The translations under genes were made by a program, and so were the position numbers. Below the pieces are notes generated by a model. It ran no database searches. It was not told where the DNA came from and saw nothing but the letters and a program-made list of their open reading frames with translations. DNA of 54,849 bases, from NCBI GenBank assembly GCA_913009315.1, contig CAJVZA010000003.1, positions 1-54,849 of the forward strand, in the 5' to 3' direction. Shown here one piece after another: positions 21,459 to 30,901 of this stretch; within the stretch, counting starts at the first letter, position 1; the number at the start of each line of letters is the position of its first letter. This DNA comes from an uncultured Hippea sp. GTDB lineage: Bacteria > Campylobacterota_A > Desulfurellia > JAADFJ01.

Positions 21459-23387
21459 ATGACTAACAGTAAGCTTGATCAATACGAATTATTGAATGAG
21501 AATCAGAGGAAGGCGGTTTTTGCTGCCGACAGTCCGATGATAATTTTTGCCGGTGCCGGAAGCGGCAAAACAAGAGTGGTGACAAGCCGCATAAATCACT
21601 TTATCCAAAACGGTGTTTCGGCAGATTCGATTTTGGCTATTACGTTTACCAATAAAGCCGCAAGAGAGATGCGGGAAAGGGTCAATAATGTTTTAGAAGG
21701 CGGCCGGAGACCTACAATCGGCACTTTTCATTCCGTATGCGCAAGAATATTAAGAGAAAATGCCGATAAGCTGGGATACAGCAACCATTTTATCATCTTT
21801 GACGGAACTGATCAAAAGACGATGATAAGAAAGATAGTCAAAGAATACGATCTTTCCGATTCTATTTATAAACCGTCCAAACTCATGTCGCTCTTTTCAA
21901 AATACAAGCGGGAAATGACTGATATGGAAAGCCTTGATTCCGGTTCATACTATCAAGCCGGAAGGATTAAGATATTCAAGAGATATGAGGCTGTAAAAAA
22001 GGAATCCGACGGAATGGATTTTGATGATCTGCTGCTTAACGCAGTCAGACTTTTTGAGGAAAATCCCGAGCTGCTGAGATTTTATCAGGATCGGTTCAGA
22101 CATCTGTTTGTTGATGAGTTTCAGGACACAAATGCTGTTCAGTATAGATTTATCCGTCTGCTTGCAGGAAAATACCGCTCAGTATGTGTAGTTGGTGATG
22201 ACGATCAATCAATTTACCGGTTTCGCGGAGCCGATACGGGAAACATAGATCAATTTATAAGAGATTTTCAGAATACTGCTGTTTTTAAACTTGAGCAGAA
22301 TTATCGTTCTACAAAATCGATTCTTGAATTTGCTTCCGAAGTAATTTCAAAGAATAGCCACAGAACTGATAAAATGCTCTGGACAAGCAACAGCAGCGGC
22401 GAGCCAATTGATTTTTTCAGGGTTATGTCGGACAAAGAGGAAGCAAAAAAGGTTCTTTCTATTATTAATATGGAGCATAATAGAGGTAGAAATTATTCGG
22501 ATATCGCACTATTTTACAGAATGAATTCCCAATCGCGTATAATAGAGTTTGATCTGGCAGGTGTCGTACCGTATAAAATTTTGAAGGGACATCGGTTTTA
22601 TGACAGGCGTGAAATAAAAGATATAATATCATATATGCAGCTTGTGCAAAATAGCGACAATGATGTTTGTTTCGAGAGAATCGTGAATGTTCCTTCGAGA
22701 AAGATCGGCAAAAAAACCCTTGAACTTTTAAAGCAGGAAGCGGTAACAAATGATTGCTCTCTGCTGGAAGCCGCAGGAGAATTCATAGAAAGGCGAAAAA
22801 ATGTCGGGTTATCGTTTTTCGTTAAATTTATAAAGAATGCCAAAGAAAAAGTATCATTGGGAATTGTAAATTTTTTTGACTATATAGCGGAAGAATCCGG
22901 TTATATAGCTATGCTTAAAAATGAGGGAAATACGGTTGCGGAAAACAGACTGGCAAATATAATGGAGCTCAGAAATGCAATAGTTGAGCATTCTAAAAAA
23001 GAGGATAATTCGCTTGAATCGTTTATTGATCTTGCGGCTCTTACCGATGACAGCAATGATGTTTCTGAAGATAATGTCAATTTGATGACGTTTCATGCCT
23101 CAAAAGGGCTGGAGTTTCCGGTTGTTATAATTGTTGGAGCTGATGACGGGATAATACCTCATTCGAATTCGCTTTCGGATCCTCAACAGCTTCAGGAGGA
23201 GAGAAGACTGTTTTATGTGGGCATTACAAGGGCAAAGGAAAAGTTGTATGTCTTGTCGGCTGCTTCAAGAATGATAGCCGGATCGCTGTCGGGTTTTGCC
23301 GTATCGAGATTTGCAAAAAACCATTTTATGGAAAATAATTATCTTTATTTAGGAGAGAGAAATGGAAAATGTATCAAAAGATATTGA
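21459..23387 (+). CDS. pcrA: UvrD/PcrA/Rep family DNA helicase (no clear C-terminal Tudor-like domain)
   Basis: AGAGSGKT, TFTNKAA.EM, VDEFQDTN, QNYRST, HASKGLEF and EERRLFYVGITRA motifs. Confidence 0.92.
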   Translation: MTNSKLDQYELLNENQRKAVFAADSPMIIFAGAGSGKTRVVTSRINHFIQNGVSADSILAITFTNKAAREMRERVNNVLEGGRRPTIGTFHSVCARILRENADKLGYSNHFIIFDGTDQKTMIRKIVKEYDLSDSIYKPSKLMSLFSKYKREMTDMESLDSGSYYQAGRIKIFKRYEAVKKESDGMDFDDLLLNAVRLFEENPELLRFYQDRFRHLFVDEFQDTNAVQYRFIRLLAGKYRSVCVVGDDDQSIYRFRGADTGNIDQFIRDFQNTAVFKLEQNYRSTKSILEFASEVISKNSHRTDKMLWTSNSSGEPIDFFRVMSDKEEAKKVLSIINMEHNRGRNYSDIALFYRMNSQSRIIEFDLAGVVPYKILKGHRFYDRREIKDIISYMQLVQNSDNDVCFERIVNVPSRKIGKKTLELLKQEAVTNDCSLLEAAGEFIERRKNVGLSFFVKFIKNAKEKVSLGIVNFFDYIAEESGYIAMLKNEGNTVAENRLANIMELRNAIVEHSKKEDNSLESFIDLAALTDDSNDVSEDNVNLMTFHASKGLEFPVVIIVGADDGIIPHSNSLSDPQQLQEERRLFYVGITRAKEKLYVLSAASRMIAGSLSGFAVSRFAKNHFMENNYLYLGERNGKCIKRY

Positions 23388-23814
23388 AAATGAGGCCAAT
23401 GTTGAAAAATTTAATAAATTCAGTGAGAATCTTGCACTTACCGGAATATCGCTTAACAAGATGGACACAAAATACAACGATGATATGCCGGCTACAGAAA
23501 ATGAGAAGCAGGTTTTTATAGACAAGAAGGCGTTTTATCAGGTTATAGACGACAATCATTTCAAAGTTTACCAGGATTTTGCCCTGGCAATAGCAGATAA
23601 AGACAACAAGGACAATGCTGTTGTTCAGGTTAATTCAACTTTTGTGCTCAGTTTCGAATCCGAAATGAAGTTAGATGATGAAATTTTCGAAATTCTCGCT
23701 CAAACCACAGTTCTTATTACTGCATGGCCGTATTTTAGGGAGCTTGTACAGTCGGCGACAACAAGAATGGGTGTGCCGCCTGTTGTTATTCCTCCTTTGC
23801 AGGCGTCTGTTTAG
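23362..23814 (+). CDS. SecB-like chaperone
   Basis: 150 aa acidic protein; C-terminal AWPYFRELVQSATTRMGVPPVVIPP matches the SecB (L/W)PY.RE.......R.G.PP..LP motif. Confidence 0.7.
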   Translation: MENVSKDIENEANVEKFNKFSENLALTGISLNKMDTKYNDDMPATENEKQVFIDKKAFYQVIDDNHFKVYQDFALAIADKDNKDNAVVQVNSTFVLSFESEMKLDDEIFEILAQTTVLITAWPYFRELVQSATTRMGVPPVVIPPLQASV

Positions 23815-24568
23815 GGTTTTTGATAAAAGCCTTAAACAGTTCTATCGGCAGCGGCAATATCAGTGTGCTGTTGTGATCGGCTGAAACCTCTCTGACAGTC
23901 TGAAGAAACCTGAGCTGCAAGGCTTCCGGATGTGTTGATATTATACTTGCCGCATCTCTCAGTCTGTTGGCAGCTTGATACTCGCCTTCGGCATTTATAA
24001 CTTTCGCTCTTCTCTCTCTTTCTGCTTCCGCCTGCTTGGCCATTGACCTTTTCATATTTTCCGGAATCTCAAGATCCTTTACCTCAACGATGCTTACCTT
24101 AATTCCCCATGGATCTGTATGTTTATCAATTATTTGCTGCAGTTTTTCATTAACCTTATCTCGTTGACTTAGCAATTCATCAAGGTCTATCTGTCCGACT
24201 ACGCTTCTCAATGTGGTCTGGGATATGGCGCTTGTGGCTTCTACATAATCGGAAATTTCAACTATTGATCTGTTTGGATCTATTACCCTGAAATAAACAA
24301 CCGCATTTATTTTTACAGGAACATTGTCTTTCGTTATTGTTTCTTGACTTGCAACATCAAGCGTTATAATTCTAAGACTTACCTTTACTATTTTATCTAC
24401 AAACGGAATAATAAAGATAATTCCGGGTCCTTTGTCTCCTATGAGCCGTCCCATTCTAAATACAACGGCGCGCTCGTACTCTTTCAGAACATGTACAGCT
24501 GAAGAAAACAGTAGAAGCAATACGATAATTAGCCCTATCCATCCTCCAAAACCAAGTGAAATATTCAT
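23786..24568 (-). CDS. SPFH/band-7 stomatin-like protein
   Basis: EYERAVVFRMGR, QTTLRSVVG, AKQAEAERERRAK and ALQLRFLQT motifs. Confidence 0.95.
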   Translation of the reverse strand: MNISLGFGGWIGLIIVLLLLFSSAVHVLKEYERAVVFRMGRLIGDKGPGIIFIIPFVDKIVKVSLRIITLDVASQETITKDNVPVKINAVVYFRVIDPNRSIVEISDYVEATSAISQTTLRSVVGQIDLDELLSQRDKVNEKLQQIIDKHTDPWGIKVSIVEVKDLEIPENMKRSMAKQAEAERERRAKVINAEGEYQAANRLRDAASIISTHPEALQLRFLQTVREVSADHNSTLILPLPIELFKAFIKNPKQTPAKEE

Positions 24569-25860
24569 TTTTCCTCCTTTACAACCAATCTTGTGGTTTC
24601 TTTTCTTATTGTATCGATAACGACTATATGTTTTCCTGCTTTAACTTTATTTTTGGCAACCGCATTCCATCTTTCGCCATGAACCTTCACTACTCCATCG
24701 GTTGAAATATCTGTCAGCGCCGTTCCCGACAATCCGATTAATCCTTCTAAACCCGTTGTGGGACGCTTTCTGTAAATTGCTATCATTTTAGAAACGGCAA
24801 AAACAATAAATATGCTGATTCCGATTGTTATGCCCAAAATCAGCCCCAGAGGCACACCTAAGCCGGGAGCTTTAGGTGATCCTATTATCATTGTCGAGCC
24901 TATAAACAGAGAGACGGCGGCTCCTATCGATAATACACCATGAAAGTTTGAAAATAGATCTATCGCAAAGAGTGCAAAAGCGAAGAGTATGAGGGCGATT
25001 CCGGAAGTATTTATGGGAAGTATACTGGTTGAGAACAGAAAAAGCAATAAACTGATGACGCCTGCCACTCCCGGAAGTATAATTCCGGGATGCACCAGCT
25101 CTGTAAACAGTCCGACCGCAGCAGCGAGAAAAAGCAGATAACTAACGGTAGGATAACTTATAAAATGCAGGAATTGTTCTTTTGTATTCATGTTTTTGGT
25201 GACAATAGTTATATTTTTGGTATTCAATAGGATGGTTTTTCCATTCAAACTTATTTTTCGATTATTCAGCCATGAAAGTAACTGCTGCTGATTTTCTGCA
25301 ACTACATCTATAACATTTTTCGCTAAAGCCTCCTTTGCAGTTATTGCCTCGCTTTTTTGTACTGCCATTACAAGAAAATCTGCGTTTCGTTTCCTTTTTT
25401 CGGCAATTCCTCTCATAAAAGCAGATAAATAGTTGGTTATTTTTTCTTTCATAACCTTGTTTTTGCCGCTGAAAAGCCCGAGAGAAACAGGATGAGCCGC
25501 ACCTATTGAGGTGGCGGGCGCCATTGCGGCAATGTTGCAGGAGGCAACTATAAATGTTCCGGCTGAAGCTGCTTTTGCGCCTGAGGGCGATACATAGCAA
25601 ACTGTCGGAATTTTGCTGTTTAAAAGCAGTTTTACAATTTTTTCCATAGATGAAACAAGACCTCCGGGAGTATCAACTCTGATTAACATAAACTCCGAAT
25701 CTGCGTCTTGCGCTTTGCGCATGGAACCGGCGATATATTCTACGCTTACAGGCGTTATAGGTCCCGTCAGGTCGATTTTGTAGACGATTTTAGAGGCATA
25801 GACGGGTTTTACATTGATTAAAGCGGATAAAAAGATAAGTATCAATATCGCTCTTTTCAT
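24565..25860 (-). CDS. nfeD: NfeD-family membrane serine protease (long form), stomatin operon partner
   Basis: DTPGG, A.SAG, AMAP.TSIGAAHPV, TM segment and C-terminal OB fold (G.V.VHGE.W.A). Confidence 0.92.
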   Translation of the reverse strand: MKRAILILIFLSALINVKPVYASKIVYKIDLTGPITPVSVEYIAGSMRKAQDADSEFMLIRVDTPGGLVSSMEKIVKLLLNSKIPTVCYVSPSGAKAASAGTFIVASCNIAAMAPATSIGAAHPVSLGLFSGKNKVMKEKITNYLSAFMRGIAEKRKRNADFLVMAVQKSEAITAKEALAKNVIDVVAENQQQLLSWLNNRKISLNGKTILLNTKNITIVTKNMNTKEQFLHFISYPTVSYLLFLAAAVGLFTELVHPGIILPGVAGVISLLLFLFSTSILPINTSGIALILFAFALFAIDLFSNFHGVLSIGAAVSLFIGSTMIIGSPKAPGLGVPLGLILGITIGISIFIVFAVSKMIAIYRKRPTTGLEGLIGLSGTALTDISTDGVVKVHGERWNAVAKNKVKAGKHIVVIDTIRKETTRLVVKEEK

Positions 25861-25909
25861 AGTCTGTGTATACCTCCTGCATTTGATTTACGGTCTTAAA
25901 GAGATGCTC

Positions 25910-26596
25910 TTAAATCGTTTTTGATTGCCCCGGCGAAAGTATAGACACATTTGAACTGTCACCTACATATTTTTTAAATACCAGCGGATCTTGTCTGATA
26001 ACATCGAATGTATTGTAATGCATTGGGATTATCTCTTTGCAATTCAGCAGACCTGCAGCATAGGCCGCATCTTCGGGACCCATTGTAAAATTGTCTCCTA
26101 TAGGAAGGAGGGCAAGATCAATTTGATTCAGTTCTCCTATAAGCTTCATATCGCTGAATAATCCGGTATCTCCGGCATGATAGATTGTTTTTTCATCAAG
26201 TTCTATAAGCATTCCTACGGGATTGCCGGTATATGTGATTGTTTCACCCATCGCAGCAGATCCGTGATGGGCGATCGTAAACTTTATTTTTAGATTATCG
26301 GTAAATCGAAAAGAGCCTCCGATATACATCGGATGGACATTTTTAGCTCCCTGCATCTGACAATACGTAGCAAGCTCATACGGGGCTATTATTGTAGCGC
26401 CGCAGTTTTTGCTTATACCGATGGCATCTCCGAGATGGTCGGCATGACCGTGTGTTACAAGAATATAATTGCAATCTATTTCATCCGGTTTGATTTCAGT
26501 ATTCGGATTGCCTGATATAAACGGATCTATTATAATCTTTTCGGATCCTTCAAACAGAAAACATGAATGTCCTACATATGTTACTTTTACTCTCAT
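25910..26596 (-). CDS. Metallo-beta-lactamase-fold hydrolase (UPF0173-like)
   Basis: GHS, IDPF, THGHADH, YHAGDT and IPMHYNTF motifs. Confidence 0.9.
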   Translation of the reverse strand: MRVKVTYVGHSCFLFEGSEKIIIDPFISGNPNTEIKPDEIDCNYILVTHGHADHLGDAIGISKNCGATIIAPYELATYCQMQGAKNVHPMYIGGSFRFTDNLKIKFTIAHHGSAAMGETITYTGNPVGMLIELDEKTIYHAGDTGLFSDMKLIGELNQIDLALLPIGDNFTMGPEDAAYAAGLLNCKEIIPMHYNTFDVIRQDPLVFKKYVGDSSNVSILSPGQSKTI

Positions 26597-26616
26597 CTTC
26601 TCCTCCTTTTAATTCA

Positions 26617-26738
26617 CCTTATACGCCGGGCATAGTTCTCAGCGAAAAGAGAAGGCGTCAGATGCAGACTGTTCTTGTCAGTGCAGCGTACAGTGGCAAC
26701 GCTTCAAAGCTGTTGAGAACTGCGTTTGGCGCATAAGG
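26617..26738. repeat. 122-bp palindromic intergenic element; degenerate partial copy at ~45649-45711
   Basis: 28-bp arms 26617-26644 and 26711-26738. TAGTT(C)TCAGCGAAAAGARAAGGYGT recurs at ~45661. Confidence 0.65.
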
Positions 26739-26767
26739 CCGATATATATCTTTTGCAGTAGTTTGCA

Positions 26768-27355
26768 TCAGTCACGTTTGTTTTTAATTTTTTGACTGCC
26801 GGGCTTTTCTAATTTTATTCCCTTTTCACATAATGGACAATTTTCTTTGTCATAGCTTTTAACGGCTATTTTCAGCAAAGGAAGATATGGTATATCAATC
26901 TTTTTCCCCAATCCGCTTTCTCTGTCAACAAGTGCCCCAACTACTGCAATATCGCCGCCGAACGATTTTACAATCTCAATTGTTCGAAGCAGCGATCCTC
27001 CTGTGGTCACAACATCTTCAATTACAGCACATCTTTCGCCTTCTGAAATCTCAAATCCCCTTCTCAGGGAAAGTTCTCCCGATTTTCTTTCGACAAATAT
27101 CATTCTTGAAGAGAGTGCCCTTGCCGTCTCATATCCTATCAAAAGTGCACCGATTGCAGGTGATATCACGGTTTTAACTTTGTAATCTCTAATTTTGTCT
27201 GCAAGCAGCCTGCCAAGCATTTCAGCGTGCCATGGATATTGCAGAACGAGTGCGGACTGCATATATCTGTTGCTGTGCATCCCGCTGGAAAGCTCAAAAT
27301 GTCCCTCTTTTACTGCACCGGAATCCTTATATAATTTCAACAGATCTGTCTTCAA
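26768..27355 (-). CDS. pyrE: Orotate phosphoribosyltransferase
   Basis: GHFELSSG.HS..Y and PRPP-binding VIEDVVTTGGS; adjacent to pyrF. Confidence 0.95.
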   Translation of the reverse strand: MKTDLLKLYKDSGAVKEGHFELSSGMHSNRYMQSALVLQYPWHAEMLGRLLADKIRDYKVKTVISPAIGALLIGYETARALSSRMIFVERKSGELSLRRGFEISEGERCAVIEDVVTTGGSLLRTIEIVKSFGGDIAVVGALVDRESGLGKKIDIPYLPLLKIAVKSYDKENCPLCEKGIKLEKPGSQKIKNKRD

Positions 27356-28055
27356 TATTAGTCTCCTTTACAATATTTTCCAGAACTTTTTCAGGATTAT
27401 TGGATTTGTAAATAGGGCGGCCTACTACAATATAATCGGCGCCGTTTTCAATAGCCTCCCTCGGAGTTGCAGTTCTCTGCTGATCAAATTTTGAGGCTCC
27501 TTTGGGTCTTATTCCGGGCGTAATAATCAACTTGTTCCCTATCTGTTTCCTTAGTCTTTTAAGCTCGTGAGATGATGCAATGATTCCGTCCATGCCGGAT
27601 TTTATTGCGGTCTCCGTGAGCAGCATTGCCATATCGGATGCCTGATACGGTATGTTAAGATCCGATGCAATGTCGGATGCAGACAGTGACGTCAACACCG
27701 TAACGGCTATAAGAAACGGACCTCTTTTGCCGGTTTCATCCTGATATCTTTTTACACCGTTAACTGCGGCCTTCATCATTTTTCTTCCGCCAAGAGTATG
27801 AAGACTCAGGAAGCTGGTGCCGAGCATGGAAGCCTGATATATAGCATTTTCTACAGTATTAGGTATATCATGATACTTAAGATCCAAAAATACTTTTGCG
27901 AATTCGGCCATTCTTCGAACAATATTCGGTCCGTACTTTGTAAATAGAATTGATCCGACTTTTATTGCGGCAAGGTTGTCCGATAGTCGTTTGGCAAGAT
28001 CAACAGCCCCCGTTTCCGTTTCAATATCATCTGCAAATATTACATACTTTTTCAT
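27327..28055 (-). CDS. pyrF: Orotidine 5'-phosphate decarboxylase
   Basis: FLDLKYHDIPNTV, TPGIRP, DQQR and VVGRPI motifs. Confidence 0.96.
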   Translation of the reverse strand: MKKYVIFADDIETETGAVDLAKRLSDNLAAIKVGSILFTKYGPNIVRRMAEFAKVFLDLKYHDIPNTVENAIYQASMLGTSFLSLHTLGGRKMMKAAVNGVKRYQDETGKRGPFLIAVTVLTSLSASDIASDLNIPYQASDMAMLLTETAIKSGMDGIIASSHELKRLRKQIGNKLIITPGIRPKGASKFDQQRTATPREAIENGADYIVVGRPIYKSNNPEKVLENIVKETNIEDRSVEII

Positions 28056-28441
28056 ATCTTATCCAGTACTCCGTTTATAAGTGATGCGGCTTTCGGATCA
28101 GCATATATTTTTGCCAGTCTCACAGCCTCGTTTATAATCACAGCTCGGTCATTCAGATTGTTGATTAGCTCATATGCGCCAATCCTCAAAATTTCCTTTT
28201 CTATAATGTTAAGCTCTGAAAAATCCCATCCTTTCAGAAATTTCTTTATCTTTTCGTCTATCTCGTCTTTGTTCTGTTGTATTTCTCTTACATATTTATC
28301 GACAATCCGGCTTTCATTTTCATCGGTCACAGTAGATACGTCTTTAATTGTCTTTTCAATTGTCTTTTCAATCGGTGCATGATTCAGATCCATGGTATAC
28401 AATATCTTTAGGATATTTGACCGTACTTTTCTAAGTGACAT
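28052..28441 (-). CDS. nusB: Transcription antitermination factor NusB
   Basis: ILRIGAYEL, VIINEAV.LAK.Y and INGVLD; follows ribH. Confidence 0.92.
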   Translation of the reverse strand: MSLRKVRSNILKILYTMDLNHAPIEKTIEKTIKDVSTVTDENESRIVDKYVREIQQNKDEIDEKIKKFLKGWDFSELNIIEKEILRIGAYELINNLNDRAVIINEAVRLAKIYADPKAASLINGVLDKI

Positions 28442-28444
28442 CTA

Positions 28445-28906
28445 TTAAAACTGCTTATAAAGATTTATCATTTCAATAAGTGCGGCTGCGGCACTGAAAC
28501 CTTTGTTGCCCATTTTACTTCCGGCTCTCTGGATTGCCTGTTCTGTTGTGTCCGTTGTCAAAACTCCAAATGAGATCGGAATATCGCTTGTAAGCGCCAG
28601 CTGAGCGACTCCTTTTGAAACTTCATTTGCTATATAATCAAAATGCGGGGTTTCTCCTCTTATAATGGCCCCTAATGAAAGGATTCCGTCGAATTCACTT
28701 TTTCTTAATAATCTGGATATAGCCATAGGTATTTCAAATGCTCCGGGAACCTTATACAACATGATATCGTCACTCTCTATTCCGTGTCTTGTGAATGAAT
28801 CAACCGCTCCTTCTATCAGCCTGCCTACTATTATGCTGTTGAATCTCGAGGCCACTATAGCAACTTTGTAGCCTTTTCCAATTAATTTACCCTCGATAAT
28901 ATTCAT
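28445..28906 (-). CDS. ribH: Lumazine synthase
   Basis: SRFN, VPGAFEIP and IRGETPHFDY motifs. Confidence 0.97.
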   Translation of the reverse strand: MNIIEGKLIGKGYKVAIVASRFNSIIVGRLIEGAVDSFTRHGIESDDIMLYKVPGAFEIPMAISRLLRKSEFDGILSLGAIIRGETPHFDYIANEVSKGVAQLALTSDIPISFGVLTTDTTEQAIQRAGSKMGNKGFSAAAALIEMINLYKQF

Positions 28907-30103
28907 CTACACCTCCTCAAGCAGATGCCCCATTTTAGTTTTTTTTGTAATCAGATAGTCTTTGTTGACGCAGTTCAGCCCTGTTTCGATGGGAATGCGT
29001 TCCACTACCTCCAGTTCATACCCTGAGAGTCCGACAATCTTTTTTGGATTATTCGTCAAAAGCTTCAACTTTTTTATTCCGAGATCCACTATTATTTGAG
29101 CACCTATGCCATAATTTCTCAAATCAGCCTTAAATCCAAGTTTTTCATTTGCCTCTACCGTATCGAGCCCCTCGTCCTGCAGATGATAAGCCTTTATTTT
29201 GTTAACAAGGCCGATTCCTCTTCCCTCCTGCTGAAGATAGATTACCGCTCCGGTTTTGGCTTTACTGATCATTTCAAGAGATTTGGATAATTGAGAGCCG
29301 CAATCGCATCTCAGGCTTCCAAGCACATCTCCCGTGAAGCAGGATGAGTGCACACGTACCAGTACGGGCGTGTTCCCGCTTACATCACCCTTTATGATTG
29401 CAACATGTTCTTTGTTGTCAATGAAATTTGTGTAAACTATAATTCTGAAATTTCCATATTTTGTTCGCAAATGCGCACTTGCCGCTCTCTGAATCAGTCT
29501 TTCGTGCTGCAGGCGGTATTTTACAATATCGGCAATTGTGACAATGGTTAAGTTGAATTTTTTTGCCATTTTCTCAAGTTGAGGCCTTCTCGACATTGTG
29601 CCGTCATCGTTCATTATTTCACATATAACGCCTGCCTCGTAAATGCCTGCCAGTCTTGCCAGATCAACAGAACCTTCGGTCTGGCCTACTCTGACTAAAA
29701 CGCCGCCTTTTTTTGCCCGCAGCGGAAAAATATGTCCGGGTCTTGCAAGATCCGCCGGTTTGGCATCAGGGCGTATGATTGTTTGAATGGTAGTTGCTCT
29801 GTCGGCTGCAGAAATTCCGGTTGTCGTGCCTCTTGCGGCGTCAACGGAAACCGTAAAGGCCGTTTTAAATTTGGAGTCGTTATCGATAACCATCAGCGGC
29901 AGTGCGAGCTGATCGGCCTTGCCGTTTGTCAGCGTTACGCATATTAGCCCTCTGCCGTGTTTACTCATAAAGTTTATTGCATCAGGTGTTGCAAATGCTG
30001 CGCCCATGCAAAGATCACCCTCATTTTCTCTGTCCTCGTCATCTACAAGAATAACCATTTTTCCGTTTCGTATCTCATCTATCGCTTTTCTAACACTATC
30101 CAT
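28907..30103 (-). CDS. ribBA: Bifunctional DHBP synthase / GTP cyclohydrolase II
   Basis: DDEDRENEGD, RPGHIFPL, RVHSSCFTGD...SLRCDC and QEGRGIGL. Start set at ATG 30103 with a CAGGAG RBS. Confidence 0.96.
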   Translation of the reverse strand: MDSVRKAIDEIRNGKMVILVDDEDRENEGDLCMGAAFATPDAINFMSKHGRGLICVTLTNGKADQLALPLMVIDNDSKFKTAFTVSVDAARGTTTGISAADRATTIQTIIRPDAKPADLARPGHIFPLRAKKGGVLVRVGQTEGSVDLARLAGIYEAGVICEIMNDDGTMSRRPQLEKMAKKFNLTIVTIADIVKYRLQHERLIQRAASAHLRTKYGNFRIIVYTNFIDNKEHVAIIKGDVSGNTPVLVRVHSSCFTGDVLGSLRCDCGSQLSKSLEMISKAKTGAVIYLQQEGRGIGLVNKIKAYHLQDEGLDTVEANEKLGFKADLRNYGIGAQIIVDLGIKKLKLLTNNPKKIVGLSGYELEVVERIPIETGLNCVNKDYLITKKTKMGHLLEEV

Positions 30104-30135
30104 TTTTGCTCCTGTTATCAATTCATCTATATTGT

Positions 30136-30144
30136 ATTATAGCA
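30136..30144 (-). promoter_or_regulatory. Extended -10 internal promoter for ribBA-ribH-nusB-pyrFE
   Basis: Minus strand TGCTATAAT about 30 bp upstream of the ribBA ATG. Confidence 0.5.
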
Positions 30145-30254
30145 CGTTTTTCAGAGTTATTAACTCCCTTTGCGCTGCGATGCAAAAAAGTTACGCAGTT
30201 GATATATTGCGCAGCAGTCTTGCAATGTTACAGAATTAATCCAATCCCAAGTTC

Positions 30255-30329
30255 GTAAGGGCTGCCCCGTGCCTATCTTGTTAATGAATCGCAAGAAACA
30301 AACGGGCAACCACAAGGGATTGCCCCTAC
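30255..30329. repeat. GTAG-type REP doublet (REPIN-like)
   Basis: Minus strand GTAG-GGGCAATCCCTTGTGGTTGCCC (30329-30304) and a decayed inverted partner GTAAGGGCTGCCCCGTGCC at 30255. Confidence 0.7.
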
Positions 30330-30901
30330 TGCAGCGAGATCATTCTGCTTATATACCTTGCTACAATATCCGCCTCGATATTCAATTTCGCTCCGATTTT
30401 TTTTGTTTCCAGGGTTGTATGACTGAATGTGTAGGGAATTACCATCAGCGTCATCGTGCTGCCTGTTATCCGGTTAATAGTCAGGCTTATTCCTTCAAGA
30501 GCCACAGAGCCTTTTACTGCGAGAAAACGGGCTATCTTTTTATCAAATTGAACGGAAATCTCATGAAATCCATGCATATTTTTATGCTTTGTGAGAGTTG
30601 CCGTTCCGTCTAAATGTCCGGTTACGATATGCCCGTTAATGCCCTTATTTAGAGACAGAGCTTTTTCAAGATTTACGTGTCCGGCATATTTAAGATTGGA
30701 CAATCTCAGTGTTTCGTCAGAGGCATCAACCCAAAAGTAACCTTTTTCTATTTTTGCTGCAGTCAGACATGCGCCGCTTACCAGTACACTGTCGCCTTCG
30801 TTTAAAAGAAGCCCCGATCTTATTTTGATGCTTGCTCCCGAGGAGTAACTCCTTTTATCAACAATCTCTCCTATCTGCTCCACGATACCGCTAAACATCA
30901 A
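30326..30901 (-). CDS. ribE: Riboflavin synthase alpha chain
   Basis: MFSGIVE N-terminus, VNLEKAL, GHIVTGH.DG and KGSV..EGISLT motifs. Confidence 0.94.
   Translation of the reverse strand: MMFSGIVEQIGEIVDKRSYSSGASIKIRSGLLLNEGDSVLVSGACLTAAKIEKGYFWVDASDETLRLSNLKYAGHVNLEKALSLNKGINGHIVTGHLDGTATLTKHKNMHGFHEISVQFDKKIARFLAVKGSVALEGISLTINRITGSTMTLMVIPYTFSHTTLETKKIGAKLNIEADIVARYISRMISLQ

Noticed and set aside
26617-26738. 6S or SRP RNA
   Set aside because: Too short for 6S, lacks the SRP domain IV motif, and a related copy elsewhere points to a repeat.
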